NCBI GenBank assembly: GCA_031278395.1
Contig: JAITKM010000007.1
Location: 64,981 to 128,980, forward strand
Reading direction: 5' to 3'
Source of the DNA: Deltaproteobacteria bacterium
GTDB taxonomy: Bacteria; Bdellovibrionota_C; UBA2361; SZUA-149; JAITKM01
Length of the DNA: 64,000 nucleotides
The position numbers and the translations under genes were made by a program. Positions 1-10,738 of this stretch are shown here, one piece after another. The notes under the pieces are model-generated. The model was given only the letters and a program-made list of their open reading frames with translations, did not search any database and was not told where the DNA came from. The first letter of the stretch is position 1. Each line of letters begins with the position of its first letter.

Positions 1-688
1 TAAATATCAATTTGAGGATTTGCTCAGAATTTTATGCTTAGAAAGTATGAGAAACAAATGTATCGTTGTCTGCGAAGACTTAGGCACAGTGCCAGATGGT
101 TTTAGAAAAAAAATGGAAGAAAAAAAGATGCTGTCTTATAAGGTGCTATTCTTTATGAAAAAATGGGATGGTGGTTTTGAAGAGAATAATGCGTATCCAT
201 TTTTGTCATTAGTTACTGGAACAACACATGACATGATGACTCTTTGGGGGTATTGGCTTGAAGTTGATTTAGATGAAAGATTAAGGTTAGGCTGGTTAAA
301 TGAAGAAAGTTTTAAGACTGAGAAAGAAAATCGAAAACAAGAAAAGTTAGCTTTAATTAAATTACTGCAAGATAATAAATTTTTAGAAAAAGACTTTAAC
401 TTAGAAGCTGGAGAAGTAGATGAATATGTTTCTTTTAATCTTGAAGAAACTAAAAGCGTAATAGATGCGATACAATTGCCAGTTGAAATATTCGACGCCA
501 TTCAACACTTTCTTTTGGCAACACCAGCGCTGTTAAATGTTTTGCCACTAGAAGACTTAACTGGACAAACAGCCCAAGTTAATATACCAGGCATTGTTGA
601 TGAATATCCGTGTTGGCGTAATAAAATCCCTCTTAACGTCGAAGACATTTTAGAAGCCGCAGAAGAAGAATGTCAAAAATCTTGCTAA
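1..688 (+). CDS. malQ: 4-alpha-glucanotransferase (amylomaltase, GH77), C-terminal fragment; 5' end lies outside the window
   Basis: The frame is open from base 2 with no upstream stop. Motifs CEDLGTVP and VTGTTHDMMTLWGYW match the conserved GH77 catalytic and C-terminal signatures. Confidence 0.55.
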   Translation, partial: KYQFEDLLRILCLESMRNKCIVVCEDLGTVPDGFRKKMEEKKMLSYKVLFFMKKWDGGFEENNAYPFLSLVTGTTHDMMTLWGYWLEVDLDERLRLGWLNEESFKTEKENRKQEKLALIKLLQDNKFLEKDFNLEAGEVDEYVSFNLEETKSVIDAIQLPVEIFDAIQHFLLATPALLNVLPLEDLTGQTAQVNIPGIVDEYPCWRNKIPLNVEDILEAAEEECQKSC

Positions 689-738
689 TCCGTGGATAGT
701 CAAAAGAATCCAGTACTAGAACTCCTAAAAGAGCCATA

Positions 739-2154
739 TTATAATTCTTTCCAGCCGCCGCCCAAGGCTTCGCAAACACCGACAACCGCAAAAAGTTGAT
801 TTAGGTAGGCAGTCGCTAAGTCCATCTCGACTTGTAGTAGTCCACGTTCAACATCCAAAACATCTAAGATTCCGATTAAACCTGCAGTTTTTTGAATATT
901 GGCAAGTTCCACACTACGACGCAAAGCTGTAGTTTGCTCTAAACGCGAAGCTAAACTTTTTCTAGCTAAACGATTAGTCGTTAGCGCATCTAAAATATCT
1001 TTAAAAGCTGCCTGCACGGTTTTTTCGTATTTAGCTAACATCTCCTCTTTATAAGCCTTAGAGTATTTTAAACGAGCCACGAGACTACCGCCCTGAAAAA
1101 TAGGTAAACTAACACCACCGCTCCAATTCCAAACTTTTGATCCACCCTCAAACAAATTAGACAAATGCAAACTCTCGTTACCCAAACCAGCAGTCAGCGA
1201 AATAGAGGGAAAAAAAGCCGCTCGCGCTACACCAATTCTAGCATTTGCCGCAATTAACAACTGCTCTGCTTGAAAAATATCGGGTCGCATAGTTAGAACT
1301 TCTGACGGCAATTTGTCTGGTACTAAAGTAGTAATTGCCATCTCTTCTATTGGCTTGCCACGCTCTAGCACTTCTGAAGCAATTTGTCTTGGAGTTTTAC
1401 CAACTAATACAAATAACGCGGTTTGAGTTTGGGCGAGTTGATTTTCAAGTTCATAAACTTGAGACTCGACAGAATACATTTCAGCGGCAATACGTTTAAA
1501 ATCTAACTCTGAAACATAGCCATTGCGATATTGAATTTCATAGATTTGATAACTCTTTTGTCGCGATGCCCAAGTTTTTTTAGCTACCTCAAGTTTAGTA
1601 TCTAAAGTTCTAAGAGTAAAATAAGTTTTCACAGTATTAACTATCAACATCAATCTAACGGAATTATACGCAGCTTCTGTTGCTAGATACTCAGCCCAAG
1701 CAACAGTATCTAAATCGCGATATTTACCCCAAAGATCTAGCTCATATGAGGCACCGCCCAGTAATAAATAATCGGAAAACGTTTTCTCTGGCGAGACTGA
1801 CAAAGTATGTTCTGAGGGATGATTTTTATCATAAGTTCCTTTAACGCCTAAACTAGGCAATAAAGCTGAAAAAGCTACACGCGCCAGAGCTCTAGCCTCT
1901 GTTACACGCGCTAGAGCCTGTTTTAAATCTTTATTGTAGTCCAGAGTTTGCGTGATTAAAACATTTAAGACAGGGTCATCAAACATCTTCCACCACTCTG
2001 GATTAACAAAATCGCTAATGTCCACCACTTCATTAGGTTGCACCTGTTCTGTGGTCGGCAAATCCAAGGCTGGACGCTCGTAGTCTGGCGCCAGCGTGCA
2101 AGCCGCCAATAATAAACAACTACATAATAATATCTGTATCGAAATTTTTTGCAT
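739..2154 (-). CDS. RND efflux outer-membrane factor lipoprotein (NodT/OprM/TolC family)
   Basis: A lipoprotein signal (MQKISIQILLCSCLLLAAC) is present, and the length and paired helical/beta-barrel repeat composition are typical of OMF proteins. The ORF track starts at 2190; the internal ATG at 2154 gives a canonical lipobox. Confidence 0.75.
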   Translation of the reverse strand: MQKISIQILLCSCLLLAACTLAPDYERPALDLPTTEQVQPNEVVDISDFVNPEWWKMFDDPVLNVLITQTLDYNKDLKQALARVTEARALARVAFSALLPSLGVKGTYDKNHPSEHTLSVSPEKTFSDYLLLGGASYELDLWGKYRDLDTVAWAEYLATEAAYNSVRLMLIVNTVKTYFTLRTLDTKLEVAKKTWASRQKSYQIYEIQYRNGYVSELDFKRIAAEMYSVESQVYELENQLAQTQTALFVLVGKTPRQIASEVLERGKPIEEMAITTLVPDKLPSEVLTMRPDIFQAEQLLIAANARIGVARAAFFPSISLTAGLGNESLHLSNLFEGGSKVWNWSGGVSLPIFQGGSLVARLKYSKAYKEEMLAKYEKTVQAAFKDILDALTTNRLARKSLASRLEQTTALRRSVELANIQKTAGLIGILDVLDVERGLLQVEMDLATAYLNQLFAVVGVCEALGGGWKEL

Positions 2155-2274
2155 GATCAGGTCTTCTAAAAAGCACGTTAGCCCTAACAAATCAACTAAA
2201 TAAAGTCAAGATTGTAATAAGAGGTAATAAGTTTTAATTCAGTAAGACACAGGCAATCCCACCTGTGTCTGCGG

Positions 2275-3369
2275 TTAATATAACTTGCTCGCGAGTTCAA
2301 GTAACAACTCTTCTGTTTCTTCCCAGCCAATACATTCGTCTGTGATTGATACGCCGTAGCATAATGGCGTATTTGTTGCGAGCGTTTGTTTGCCGTGATG
2401 GATGTTACTTTCCAGCATTAGCCCTACAATTGATTGGTTACCGTTTTTAATTTGCGTTAAGCAATCATGCAAAACCTTGGCTTGATTGCTTGCTTTTTTT
2501 TGTGAATTATTATGGCTGCAATCAACAACAATTAACTGTTTTTGCTGGGCAGATGTTAGTTCGTCTTCTGCGGACTTAATACTTGCCGTATCATAATTAG
2601 GAGTTACTACATTTGCCGCTACCCCGCCTCGTAACACAATGTGCGCAAACTCGTTTCCAGCTGTGCGTTTAATTTGCAAACCATAACTGGGGTTGTGAGC
2701 TAAAAATGCGTGCGGATGCGTAACAGCCTCTAGGGCTTCAATGGCTTTGGTAATACTGCCATCAGTTGGATTTTTCAATCCGACTGGACAATCAAGTCCA
2801 CTTGCAATTTGACGATGAACTTGCGACTCACAAGTGCGAGCGCCAATTGCAACATATGAAATTAAGTCATTGAAAAATGGAAATATCATCGGATCAAGCA
2901 ACTCGGTAGCAGTTGGAACGCCTAAGCCCGCAATTTCAAGAAGTAGCTCTCTGGCTATTTTTATTCCTCGTCTAATGTCATATGAGCCGTCTAAGTCTGG
3001 ATCGCTGGCAAGACCTTTCCAACCAATTGTTGTGCGTGGCTTTTCAAAATATGTCCGCATAACGAGCATTAGTTTTTCATTTACTTTGGAAGTGAGTTTC
3101 AAAAGACGCTTGGCATAGTCAAGCGCGCAAATCGGGTCATGAATTGAACAGGGTCCGATAATTACCATTAAGCGCTTATCTTGTTTATTTAAAATTGTTT
3201 TAAGTTGTTGCCTGTAGGTTTGAACACTTTCTAAAATAAATTTGGGAACCAGTAAATTATTTAATAATTCGCTAGGCGCGGGAAATATTTCGTTACTAGT
3301 GGTATTGGTTACGATACTAGAGGAAATATTATTTATACTCTGTGTTTTCTGAATATCTAATGTTTTCAT
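2275..3369 (-). CDS. 3-deoxy-7-phosphoheptulonate (DAHP) synthase, class I (AroF/G/H type)
   Basis: Near-colinear match to E. coli AroG motifs: LxVIGPCSIHD, VMRVYFEKPRTTxGWKG, GARTxESQxHRxxASGL, ILRGG and SITDxCIGWE. Confidence 0.85.
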   Translation of the reverse strand: MKTLDIQKTQSINNISSSIVTNTTSNEIFPAPSELLNNLLVPKFILESVQTYRQQLKTILNKQDKRLMVIIGPCSIHDPICALDYAKRLLKLTSKVNEKLMLVMRTYFEKPRTTIGWKGLASDPDLDGSYDIRRGIKIARELLLEIAGLGVPTATELLDPMIFPFFNDLISYVAIGARTCESQVHRQIASGLDCPVGLKNPTDGSITKAIEALEAVTHPHAFLAHNPSYGLQIKRTAGNEFAHIVLRGGVAANVVTPNYDTASIKSAEDELTSAQQKQLIVVDCSHNNSQKKASNQAKVLHDCLTQIKNGNQSIVGLMLESNIHHGKQTLATNTPLCYGVSITDECIGWEETEELLLELASKLY

Positions 3370-3748
3370 GGCGTTTTTTTGAGTTTGAAAAATCGGTTAT
3401 TCTAGCCTCCCCTCCCAAAAAAATCAACCAATCATTTAAAGATTTAATTGGGAAAGAAAAAATAAATAAGACATGTGTGTGTAGAAAAATATTATTACCA
3501 GCGGAGCTGGTACCAAAAATAAGCAAAAAAGAAATTTGTTTGACTTGAGTTAGAATTCATAGCGTCGGCGCTTATAACAAAGTAAAATTTAAATATCAAG
3601 CAATTTTTAAGATTTTTTGTAGCGATCAACCCCGTTTTCTCTTTTTCGCTGTGTACGCGTTTGTCTCATGATTTGATAAAACATAATATACAAACCTTAA
3701 CAAATATCTGCCTGCCAATAAAATAGTAGGTTATCCTTACGATTTTTT

Positions 3749-6700
3749 CTATTTTTTTCCAGTAATTAAAACATAAAACGCGGGTACCAACAGAGGCGTA
3801 ATTAGCGTTGCTGCAAGCATGCCGCCAATCACTGCCATCCCCAGCGAAATGCGTGAGTTCGCACCTGCCCCTGAACTAAGCACGAGCGGCAAATTACCCG
3901 CAATAAAAACTAGCGACGTCATAATAATCGGACGAAATCTTAGCCGCGCCGCCTGAATTGCCGCCTCAATCGCCGACATTCCACCTGCTCGCGACGCCAC
4001 TGCAAACTCCACAATTAAAATCGCATTCTTGGCTGACAACCCAATCAAAGTAATCAAGGCAATCTGAAAATACATATCATTAGTCAAACCAAAAATATTA
4101 ACCGCAATTAATGCCCCAAACAATGCAAACGGCACTGCCAAAATCACCGCAAATGGCAAACTCCACCTCTCATACTGAGCTGCTAAAATCAAAAACACCA
4201 CTAACACTCCCAGCGCTAATGCCAGCGTTGAAGCACTACCACTCTCCTTTTGCTGATACGCCGAGCCTGTCCAAGAAAAACCATAATCACCATCCAAAAC
4301 TTCATTGGCTACCTCCTCAAACGCCATAATCCCCTCGCCCGTGCTATAGCCTGGCGCCGGGTCGGCTAATATTTTGGCAGATTTAAAGATGTTAAAATGA
4401 TCAACATTGGCTGTTCCACTTTTCGGAGTTAAGGTAATTAAACTAGACAGCGGAATCATGCCTCCAGTAGTAGTGGATTTAACAAAAACCCGATCGATTT
4501 TTTCAGCATAATCACGATACTCGCTTTGGGCTTGCAACATAACTTTTAAGCTTCTGCCAAACAAGGTAAAGTCATTAACATAGACTGTGCCAAAAGTAGC
4601 CTGCATGGCTGTATAAACATCTGTAATCGATACCCCCAACGAACGAGTTTTTATTTTATCCACTTGCATCTCATACTGCGGAGTTCGCGCATTAAAAGTT
4701 GTTTTCACATTAGTCAACTCTTTTCGCGCACTGGCTTTAGCTACTAACTCGCTTGCCTTATTAGCTAACTCTTCACTACTCACTCCCGTCTTACTCTGTA
4801 AATATCCTTCAAAACCGCCGGTCAAACTCATCCCTACAATTGGCGGTGGACTAAACGAAAGAACTATACCGGCCTGAATCGACTGCCCAAACTGTAAAAC
4901 TTTCCGCACTAAACTCTGCACAGACTCGGATTCTTTTTTTCTCTCACTCCACGGTTTAAGGGAAGCAAATAATACGCCCGAATCATTCTTAACTGAAGTG
5001 CTTAATAAATCAAAACCTGTAACTCCAGCTGTCTGATAAACTTCTTTTTGTTGTAAAATAAAATTTTCAACCGCATTTAGCGTTTCTTCAGTTCTGGTAA
5101 GCGCCGCGCCAGGATCCATTATCAGAGCCGTAATAAAAACTCCTTGATCTTCGTCTGGCACTAAACTAGTCGGCGTTTTTACAAACATCACCCCGCTAAT
5201 CAGCCAAATAAAAAGAGTTACAATTATCACAAACGGCAAACGTCGAACTAAAAAATTTACCATACCAGTATATTTACCAGTCAGGTTTTCAAAACTAGAA
5301 TCAAACTTATTAGTAAAGCGCTCCCACCAGCCAGAACGAGCAGATATTGCATGATGTTCACGTAACAACAGCACGCATAAAGCTGGAGTTAGAGTTAAAG
5401 CTACAAAGCCAGAAATAACTACAGACACAACAATTGTTACCGCAAACTGCTTATACATTACCCCCGCCATGCCGCTCATAAACGAAACTGGCACAAATAC
5501 CGCACACAATACCAAGACAATCGCAATAACTGGTTCTGTAACCTCCTGCATAGCTTTGATAGTTGCGTCCCGCACTGAAAGTTTTTCTTCTCGCATCAAC
5601 CGTTCGGTGTTTTCAATCACAATAATTGCATCATCCACCACAATTCCTACAGCTAGCACTAAACCAAATAAGGTCAGCGTATTAATTGAAAAACCAAAAG
5701 CCATCATCCCCGCAAACGCGCCAATAATTGAAACTGGAACAGCTAAACATGGAATTAAGGTTGCCCGCCAATCTTTAAGAAATAAAAAGACCACCAAGCA
5801 AACTAAAAAAATTGCATCTCGTAAAGTATCAACAACTTCTTCAATTGAAGCCTGAATAAATTTGGTCGTATCAAAAGGCACTGAATAATCCATATCGTTA
5901 GGAAAACTGCTCGCCAATTCAGCAATTTTTTTATCTATTCTAGCAGATGTTTCTAAAGCATTAGCACCCGGCGAAAGATAAAAAGAGATAGCAATTGAAG
6001 CCCGTCCTACATTTCGACCTTTAACCGCATAACTCAAGGCTCCTAGCTCGACGTCCGCCACATCTTTTAAGCGTAGCGTAGCGCCGTCTGGATAGGCTTT
6101 AATAATAATATTTTCAAACTCTTCGACAGTTTTAAAACGCCCTTCAGCAATAATTGAAAAGGCAAGCGGAACTTCCTTAGGCATTGGCGGAGAACCTATC
6201 ATACCTGCTGCCCGCTGCGAATTTTGCTCTCGAATTACTGCCACTACCTCTGTGATACTCAGCCCTAAATTAGCAATGCGATCGGGCTTAATCCAAACTC
6301 GCATTGAATACTCACTAACTCCCAGAATTGAAACATCTCCCACACCAGCAACGCGCTTTAACTCATCTAAAAGATAAACCGACGCGTAATTTCCAAGAAA
6401 GGTCGCATCCAAGGTGTTATTAGGCGAATATAAAGAAACCAGCTTTAACATGGTTGAGGAGCGCTTATTCACGGTTACGCCATAGCGCCGCACTTCTTCG
6501 GGCAAACTATTTAAAGCAACTTGCACTCTATTATTAACGTTAATCATCGCCTGATCTGGATCAGTTCCAACTTTAAAAAAAACTTGGATAGCTAGATCGC
6601 CATTACTGGAAGCAGTGGAATATAAATAAAGCGCGTCGTCAACGCCATTAATCTGTCGCTCTAGAGGACCCGCTACAGTTTCCGCAATAATTTCTGAACT

Positions 6701-6859
6701 TGCGCCGGGATATTGAGCACTCACCACAATAGTTGGCGGGGTTAGTTCTGGGTATTGTTCAACTGGAAGATTAATAACAGAAATAAGTCCAGCCATGACT
6801 ATCATTAACGAAAGAACTGACGAAAAAATAGGGCGCTGGATAAAAAATTTTGAAAACAT
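3749..6859 (-). CDS. RND multidrug efflux transporter, HAE1 family (AcrB/MexB-like), 1036 aa
   Basis: The N-terminus MFSKFFIQRPIFSSVLSLMIVMAGLISVINLPVEQYPELTPP is diagnostic. The 12-TM, two-large-periplasmic-loop architecture fits the family. Confidence 0.9.
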   Translation of the reverse strand: MFSKFFIQRPIFSSVLSLMIVMAGLISVINLPVEQYPELTPPTIVVSAQYPGASSEIIAETVAGPLERQINGVDDALYLYSTASSNGDLAIQVFFKVGTDPDQAMINVNNRVQVALNSLPEEVRRYGVTVNKRSSTMLKLVSLYSPNNTLDATFLGNYASVYLLDELKRVAGVGDVSILGVSEYSMRVWIKPDRIANLGLSITEVVAVIREQNSQRAAGMIGSPPMPKEVPLAFSIIAEGRFKTVEEFENIIIKAYPDGATLRLKDVADVELGALSYAVKGRNVGRASIAISFYLSPGANALETSARIDKKIAELASSFPNDMDYSVPFDTTKFIQASIEEVVDTLRDAIFLVCLVVFLFLKDWRATLIPCLAVPVSIIGAFAGMMAFGFSINTLTLFGLVLAVGIVVDDAIIVIENTERLMREEKLSVRDATIKAMQEVTEPVIAIVLVLCAVFVPVSFMSGMAGVMYKQFAVTIVVSVVISGFVALTLTPALCVLLLREHHAISARSGWWERFTNKFDSSFENLTGKYTGMVNFLVRRLPFVIIVTLFIWLISGVMFVKTPTSLVPDEDQGVFITALIMDPGAALTRTEETLNAVENFILQQKEVYQTAGVTGFDLLSTSVKNDSGVLFASLKPWSERKKESESVQSLVRKVLQFGQSIQAGIVLSFSPPPIVGMSLTGGFEGYLQSKTGVSSEELANKASELVAKASARKELTNVKTTFNARTPQYEMQVDKIKTRSLGVSITDVYTAMQATFGTVYVNDFTLFGRSLKVMLQAQSEYRDYAEKIDRVFVKSTTTGGMIPLSSLITLTPKSGTANVDHFNIFKSAKILADPAPGYSTGEGIMAFEEVANEVLDGDYGFSWTGSAYQQKESGSASTLALALGVLVVFLILAAQYERWSLPFAVILAVPFALFGALIAVNIFGLTNDMYFQIALITLIGLSAKNAILIVEFAVASRAGGMSAIEAAIQAARLRFRPIIMTSLVFIAGNLPLVLSSGAGANSRISLGMAVIGGMLAATLITPLLVPAFYVLITGKK

Positions 6860-6887
6860 TTCAACTTAACTTTATGAGATCTATAAA

Positions 6888-8090
6888 TTAATTCTGGGAA
6901 CCTCTAAACTCCTTAATTTCAGCTTTAGCCGGTTCACCAGATCTGACTTTTAATACACCTTCAGTGATTACTGTTTCGCCGCCGGCTAAGCCTTGCGTAA
7001 CAATGGCTAGATTGCCCATTTCCATAGCTTTAACTGGTTTAACAACAACTAGATCTTGCTCATCAACAACATAAACTATAGTCTTAGCGCCGGCTTTAAT
7101 TAAAGCATTTGACGGAACCATCACTGCATCTTTTAAAATAATTCCCGACAATCGAATCCGCACAAATTGTCCTGGCAACATTTTACTACGCTTGTTTTTT
7201 TGTTCTAAATCTAAAACTCCAGTGTTATCCCGAGAGCTACTGGGGTTTGGAAATTCGGCTTTAAAAGCTACGCTAGCTGTGCTACTGTCTTCGCTACTAT
7301 CAGAAAAAATAATTTTTCCTACCTCTGGAAAAGTTGAACCATCCGGCAAAATTGCTTCGACTTTTAAGCTGCTATTTTCTGGACCAGAAACCCGCCCCTT
7401 AGCTACAGCATCATAAAATTCTGTAACCTGTGAAGCAGGAATTGAAAAATTAACATGCAACGGATTAATCTGCACCATAGAGGTTAAAAGCCCTGCGTTA
7501 CCGGCAACTGAGATTAGGTTCCCCACAGATTTTTCTTCTTTGCGCACAATTCCAGAAATGGGAGCCGTAACTTTAGTATAGCCGAGATTAATTTGAGCTT
7601 CGTTGACCACAGCTTCTGCGGAGCGCAAATTAGCCTGTGTTGTTTCATAAGCATAGAGAGCATCATCATATTGTTTTTGGCTAATTGCTCCACTAGCATG
7701 TAGCGCTTTCATTCTTTCGTAATCGCGTTTAGCTCGATTGTTTTGAGCAATGGCCTGGCTCTTTGAGGCTTGGGCTTTTTTTAAAGCAATTTCGTAAGGT
7801 TCGGGGTCAATTAAAAATAGCTGGGCGCCTGCTTTAACAAATTGACCTTCTGAATAAGTGCGTTCTTTTAAAATTCCACCTACCTGCGCCCGAATTTCAA
7901 TTTCAAATGAACCTGTAACCTGCCCTGGAAAAGTTGCGGTTAACGGATAATCCTGCTTGAGGGATTTAACAGCTCCAACTAATACTGGCGGAGCTTTTTG
8001 TTGTTCATCTGTCGACTTATCACAGGAAGTTGTAAATAATAAGGTAACGGATAAGGAGATTAAAAAATAAGAAAAGAAAAATTTATTCAT
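6888..8090 (-). CDS. RND efflux membrane fusion protein (AcrA/MexA family), lipoprotein
   Basis: Lipobox LLFTTSC is present. Coiled-coil and beta-barrel MFP segments are visible. It lies immediately upstream of the RND pump gene with a 29-bp gap. Confidence 0.85.
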   Translation of the reverse strand: MNKFFFSYFLISLSVTLLFTTSCDKSTDEQQKAPPVLVGAVKSLKQDYPLTATFPGQVTGSFEIEIRAQVGGILKERTYSEGQFVKAGAQLFLIDPEPYEIALKKAQASKSQAIAQNNRAKRDYERMKALHASGAISQKQYDDALYAYETTQANLRSAEAVVNEAQINLGYTKVTAPISGIVRKEEKSVGNLISVAGNAGLLTSMVQINPLHVNFSIPASQVTEFYDAVAKGRVSGPENSSLKVEAILPDGSTFPEVGKIIFSDSSEDSSTASVAFKAEFPNPSSSRDNTGVLDLEQKNKRSKMLPGQFVRIRLSGIILKDAVMVPSNALIKAGAKTIVYVVDEQDLVVVKPVKAMEMGNLAIVTQGLAGGETVITEGVLKVRSGEPAKAEIKEFRGSQN

Positions 8091-8292
8091 TACAAGATAT
8101 TATGATTGTTTTATAAAATTAATGGGCGAAACAAATGACATATTTAATCAACTATGTCAATTCTAATAATTTCAATATATTACAAATTTTATTACCAAAA
8201 TTTGAATTAAATATTAAAAAACGATATAATCCCGCTTATTTTTCAAAAATAAACATAGTAATTTTGTATAACAATTATTTATTGGTTTTTCT

Positions 8293-9357
8293 ATGACTTT
8301 CTCGACATATAACGGTAACGGCGCAAATATGTTTAGCAAAATTCCGCCTGAATTATACTCTGATGATTCGCCTCTTAGTCATGATAATAAAAAATCAAAA
8401 ATTGTAACATATAAGCCTAGTGACTTTAACAAAACTACCGACTCAGTTTCGATTCCACTAAATGTCATAATTTTTGCAGTCATTATTTTTTTATTTTTAA
8501 TTCCGACTGCCATTATTTCTTATAAAACTATTAACAAAGGAATTGTGCGAGATATTTTCTTGGATGTTAACCCATATCTCGTACATAAAGAGGAAGTATT
8601 AAAACTTGCAGATAAATCCAAGCGTGTTACCGAATACGAAACAAAAATAAAATCTAAAGCCTTAGAGCTATCGCAAGTTGTCCAACAAGCTAAAGATAAT
8701 AGTTTAAAATCGCATATTGTTCCTAGCACTGAACTACAAAGTAAACCCAAAAGCTGGCGTGAGAAACTAGGATTAAACAGCGGCTCAGGCGGCGGCGAAG
8801 ATAGTCCGGCTAAAATAAAAAACATGTTAAATTCTGAAAATTCGAAACCAGCTACTACTAACAATCCGAGTTCAAAGCCGCTTAATGAACACGAAGTAAC
8901 GAGCCTGATTGACTCTATTACTCGCGATATTCTGGAGCTACCTATCGGTACGCCAGTGCAGGGCTTAGTAACTTCTGGTTATGGTCTAAGAAAATCTCCT
9001 TTTCATAAAGGAAAAACACAATTACATCTGGCAATTGATATTGCTACTTCGACTGGTACAGAGATTATTGCCACTGCTCCTGGTAAAATTAAACAAACTG
9101 GCTTTAGTAATACTCTGGGACTTTTTATAGTTATTGAACATGCAAACGGAATTTTAACACGCTATGGGCATTTATCAAAAATTAAAACTATAGTTGGCAA
9201 AAATGTTAAACGTAACCAAATTATTGGCGAAGTTGGTTCTACTGGACGCTCCACAGGTCCACACGTTCATTATGAAATTTACATGAACGGCAAACGTGTA
9301 AACCCTATTTACCTCATCCGTCTAGCCAATGAAATTGAAGATATCTGGAATACTTAG
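8293..9357 (+). CDS. Membrane-anchored M23 family metallopeptidase (LytM/NlpD-like)
   Basis: The C-terminal domain carries the HxxxD and HxH motifs (HLAIDIAT ... GPHVHYEIY). An N-terminal TM segment is present. Confidence 0.8.
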   Translation: MTFSTYNGNGANMFSKIPPELYSDDSPLSHDNKKSKIVTYKPSDFNKTTDSVSIPLNVIIFAVIIFLFLIPTAIISYKTINKGIVRDIFLDVNPYLVHKEEVLKLADKSKRVTEYETKIKSKALELSQVVQQAKDNSLKSHIVPSTELQSKPKSWREKLGLNSGSGGGEDSPAKIKNMLNSENSKPATTNNPSSKPLNEHEVTSLIDSITRDILELPIGTPVQGLVTSGYGLRKSPFHKGKTQLHLAIDIATSTGTEIIATAPGKIKQTGFSNTLGLFIVIEHANGILTRYGHLSKIKTIVGKNVKRNQIIGEVGSTGRSTGPHVHYEIYMNGKRVNPIYLIRLANEIEDIWNT

Positions 9358-9690
9358 TTTTTATTCTGTAACCGCGCACACCCGTAACACAACCAATTTT
9401 ACTATATACCAAAGTTGCAAGTAATAATTTCAATATACTCACAAGATTGCCTGGGCTACATTTATTTTTCCTCAAACATTGCTTATTTACCAAGCTTATT
9501 ATAGAAACAAAAATCAAATTACTTATTACGAGTAGAAGAGTTAAACTTTTGTTCAGTCGTTAATTTGCTTAAATAAAAATTAATGACCGAACAAAGGACG
9601 AAATTTAAGGTTTTTAATTATTGTAAGTCGCCAATGATTGTTCGAGAATAAGATGTAACTTTTTTTAAAAAAATTTGAAAGGAGTATAAA

Positions 9691-10593
9691 ATGCTTAGCT
9701 TTAATAAGGAAGCGTTGCTTCCAGAAGTTATTACCGGACTAATTCCGCAATCACCCTCTCAACCAATTCCAAAATATAACAATAATTCGATCGGGGTTTA
9801 TAAAACTCTAGGAGAATTAGAAATGGAAGCAAAACAGGAGATAAAGCAACCTAAGCTTTATTCATTTCTGCAAAACTCATACAAGATTATCCAACATGGA
9901 TATTTCTTAAATGATTTTGCTAAACAACCGGATGTAAACATTAGAAGGCTAATTTTGTTAGTCTATGGAAAGTATCCAGGCTTTCCAAAATTAGAAGATC
10001 GATGTATCTCCGAAGAATTTATCGAAAAAATTTTCGAAATACATAAAGTATTCCATGATCAAAAAGGACCGCTGCCACAAAGCATGTTACAGCAGATCTC
10101 CAAAGATTTTGGGATAGATTATGTATCTGCAAAAAATATTTTCGGCGAAGGAAAAGAAATTTTTTCTTTGTTTTTTTCAGATAAAAATGTTTTTCCACGA
10201 GAAGCCTATAAGAATATACTTCTTCATTGTAAGGTGTATCATCGCCTTCTGGCTGGGCAAGACATCACCAGCATTATAGAAGAAGTAGATGGGAAATCGG
10301 AGATTATTCTAAAAATAGTCAATCAGCTGCTGGAAGATACACTTTTCAAGCAAAAAACTAGTCAAAAAAATGATCTAGTTCCTTTGTGTCATGTCTTCCG
10401 TGATGAACGACCACCGCTTGAATTAGGTTTATACACTCTCTTTTTAGCGAAAGAGGGTGTCCCCAAAAAGCTGATCGGAGAAATTCTTGATGGTCTCCAT
10501 GATTGGATGATCATTAGAATTTTACACGGTCGATATCAACTTTCAGATTACATCAGAGAGCCAGAGGAAGAAATTCTTTACAATTTACCATAA
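9691..10593 (+). CDS. hypothetical protein, 300 aa
   Basis: Long ORF with plausible coding composition. No recognisable motif. Confidence 0.35.
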   Translation: MLSFNKEALLPEVITGLIPQSPSQPIPKYNNNSIGVYKTLGELEMEAKQEIKQPKLYSFLQNSYKIIQHGYFLNDFAKQPDVNIRRLILLVYGKYPGFPKLEDRCISEEFIEKIFEIHKVFHDQKGPLPQSMLQQISKDFGIDYVSAKNIFGEGKEIFSLFFSDKNVFPREAYKNILLHCKVYHRLLAGQDITSIIEEVDGKSEIILKIVNQLLEDTLFKQKTSQKNDLVPLCHVFRDERPPLELGLYTLFLAKEGVPKKLIGEILDGLHDWMIIRILHGRYQLSDYIREPEEEILYNLP

Positions 10594-10738
10594 GAAGTTC
10601 TTCTATGGGCTTCTTATGGCATTTGTATTTTTTTAAGGCTGTCAGATTCTTTTACCAGATATCAGAATCTGTCAGCCGTTTATTTTTTTATTTTGTCCTT
10701 TGTTTTCTTATAGATTTTAGGTGGTAGATAATTAATTT

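Noticed and set aside
136-501. 121-aa minus-strand ORF (and similar antisense ORFs at 2834-3118, 4111-4329, 5469-5855, 7192-7416, 8520-8864, 14288-14545, 16150-16449, 54126-54503, 55039-55293, 57097-57348, 58792-58998)
   Set aside because: Each is embedded antisense within a longer, motif-supported gene. These are typical shadow ORFs.
3329-3548. Overlapping 65-68-aa ORFs at the DAHP synthase start
   Set aside because: Low-complexity translations in the promoter region with no support.
9530-9541. 12-mer GAGTAGAAGAGT shared between 9530 and 50673
   Set aside because: Dozens of shared 12-mers are expected by chance in 64 kb of AT-rich sequence, and there is no extended similarity.
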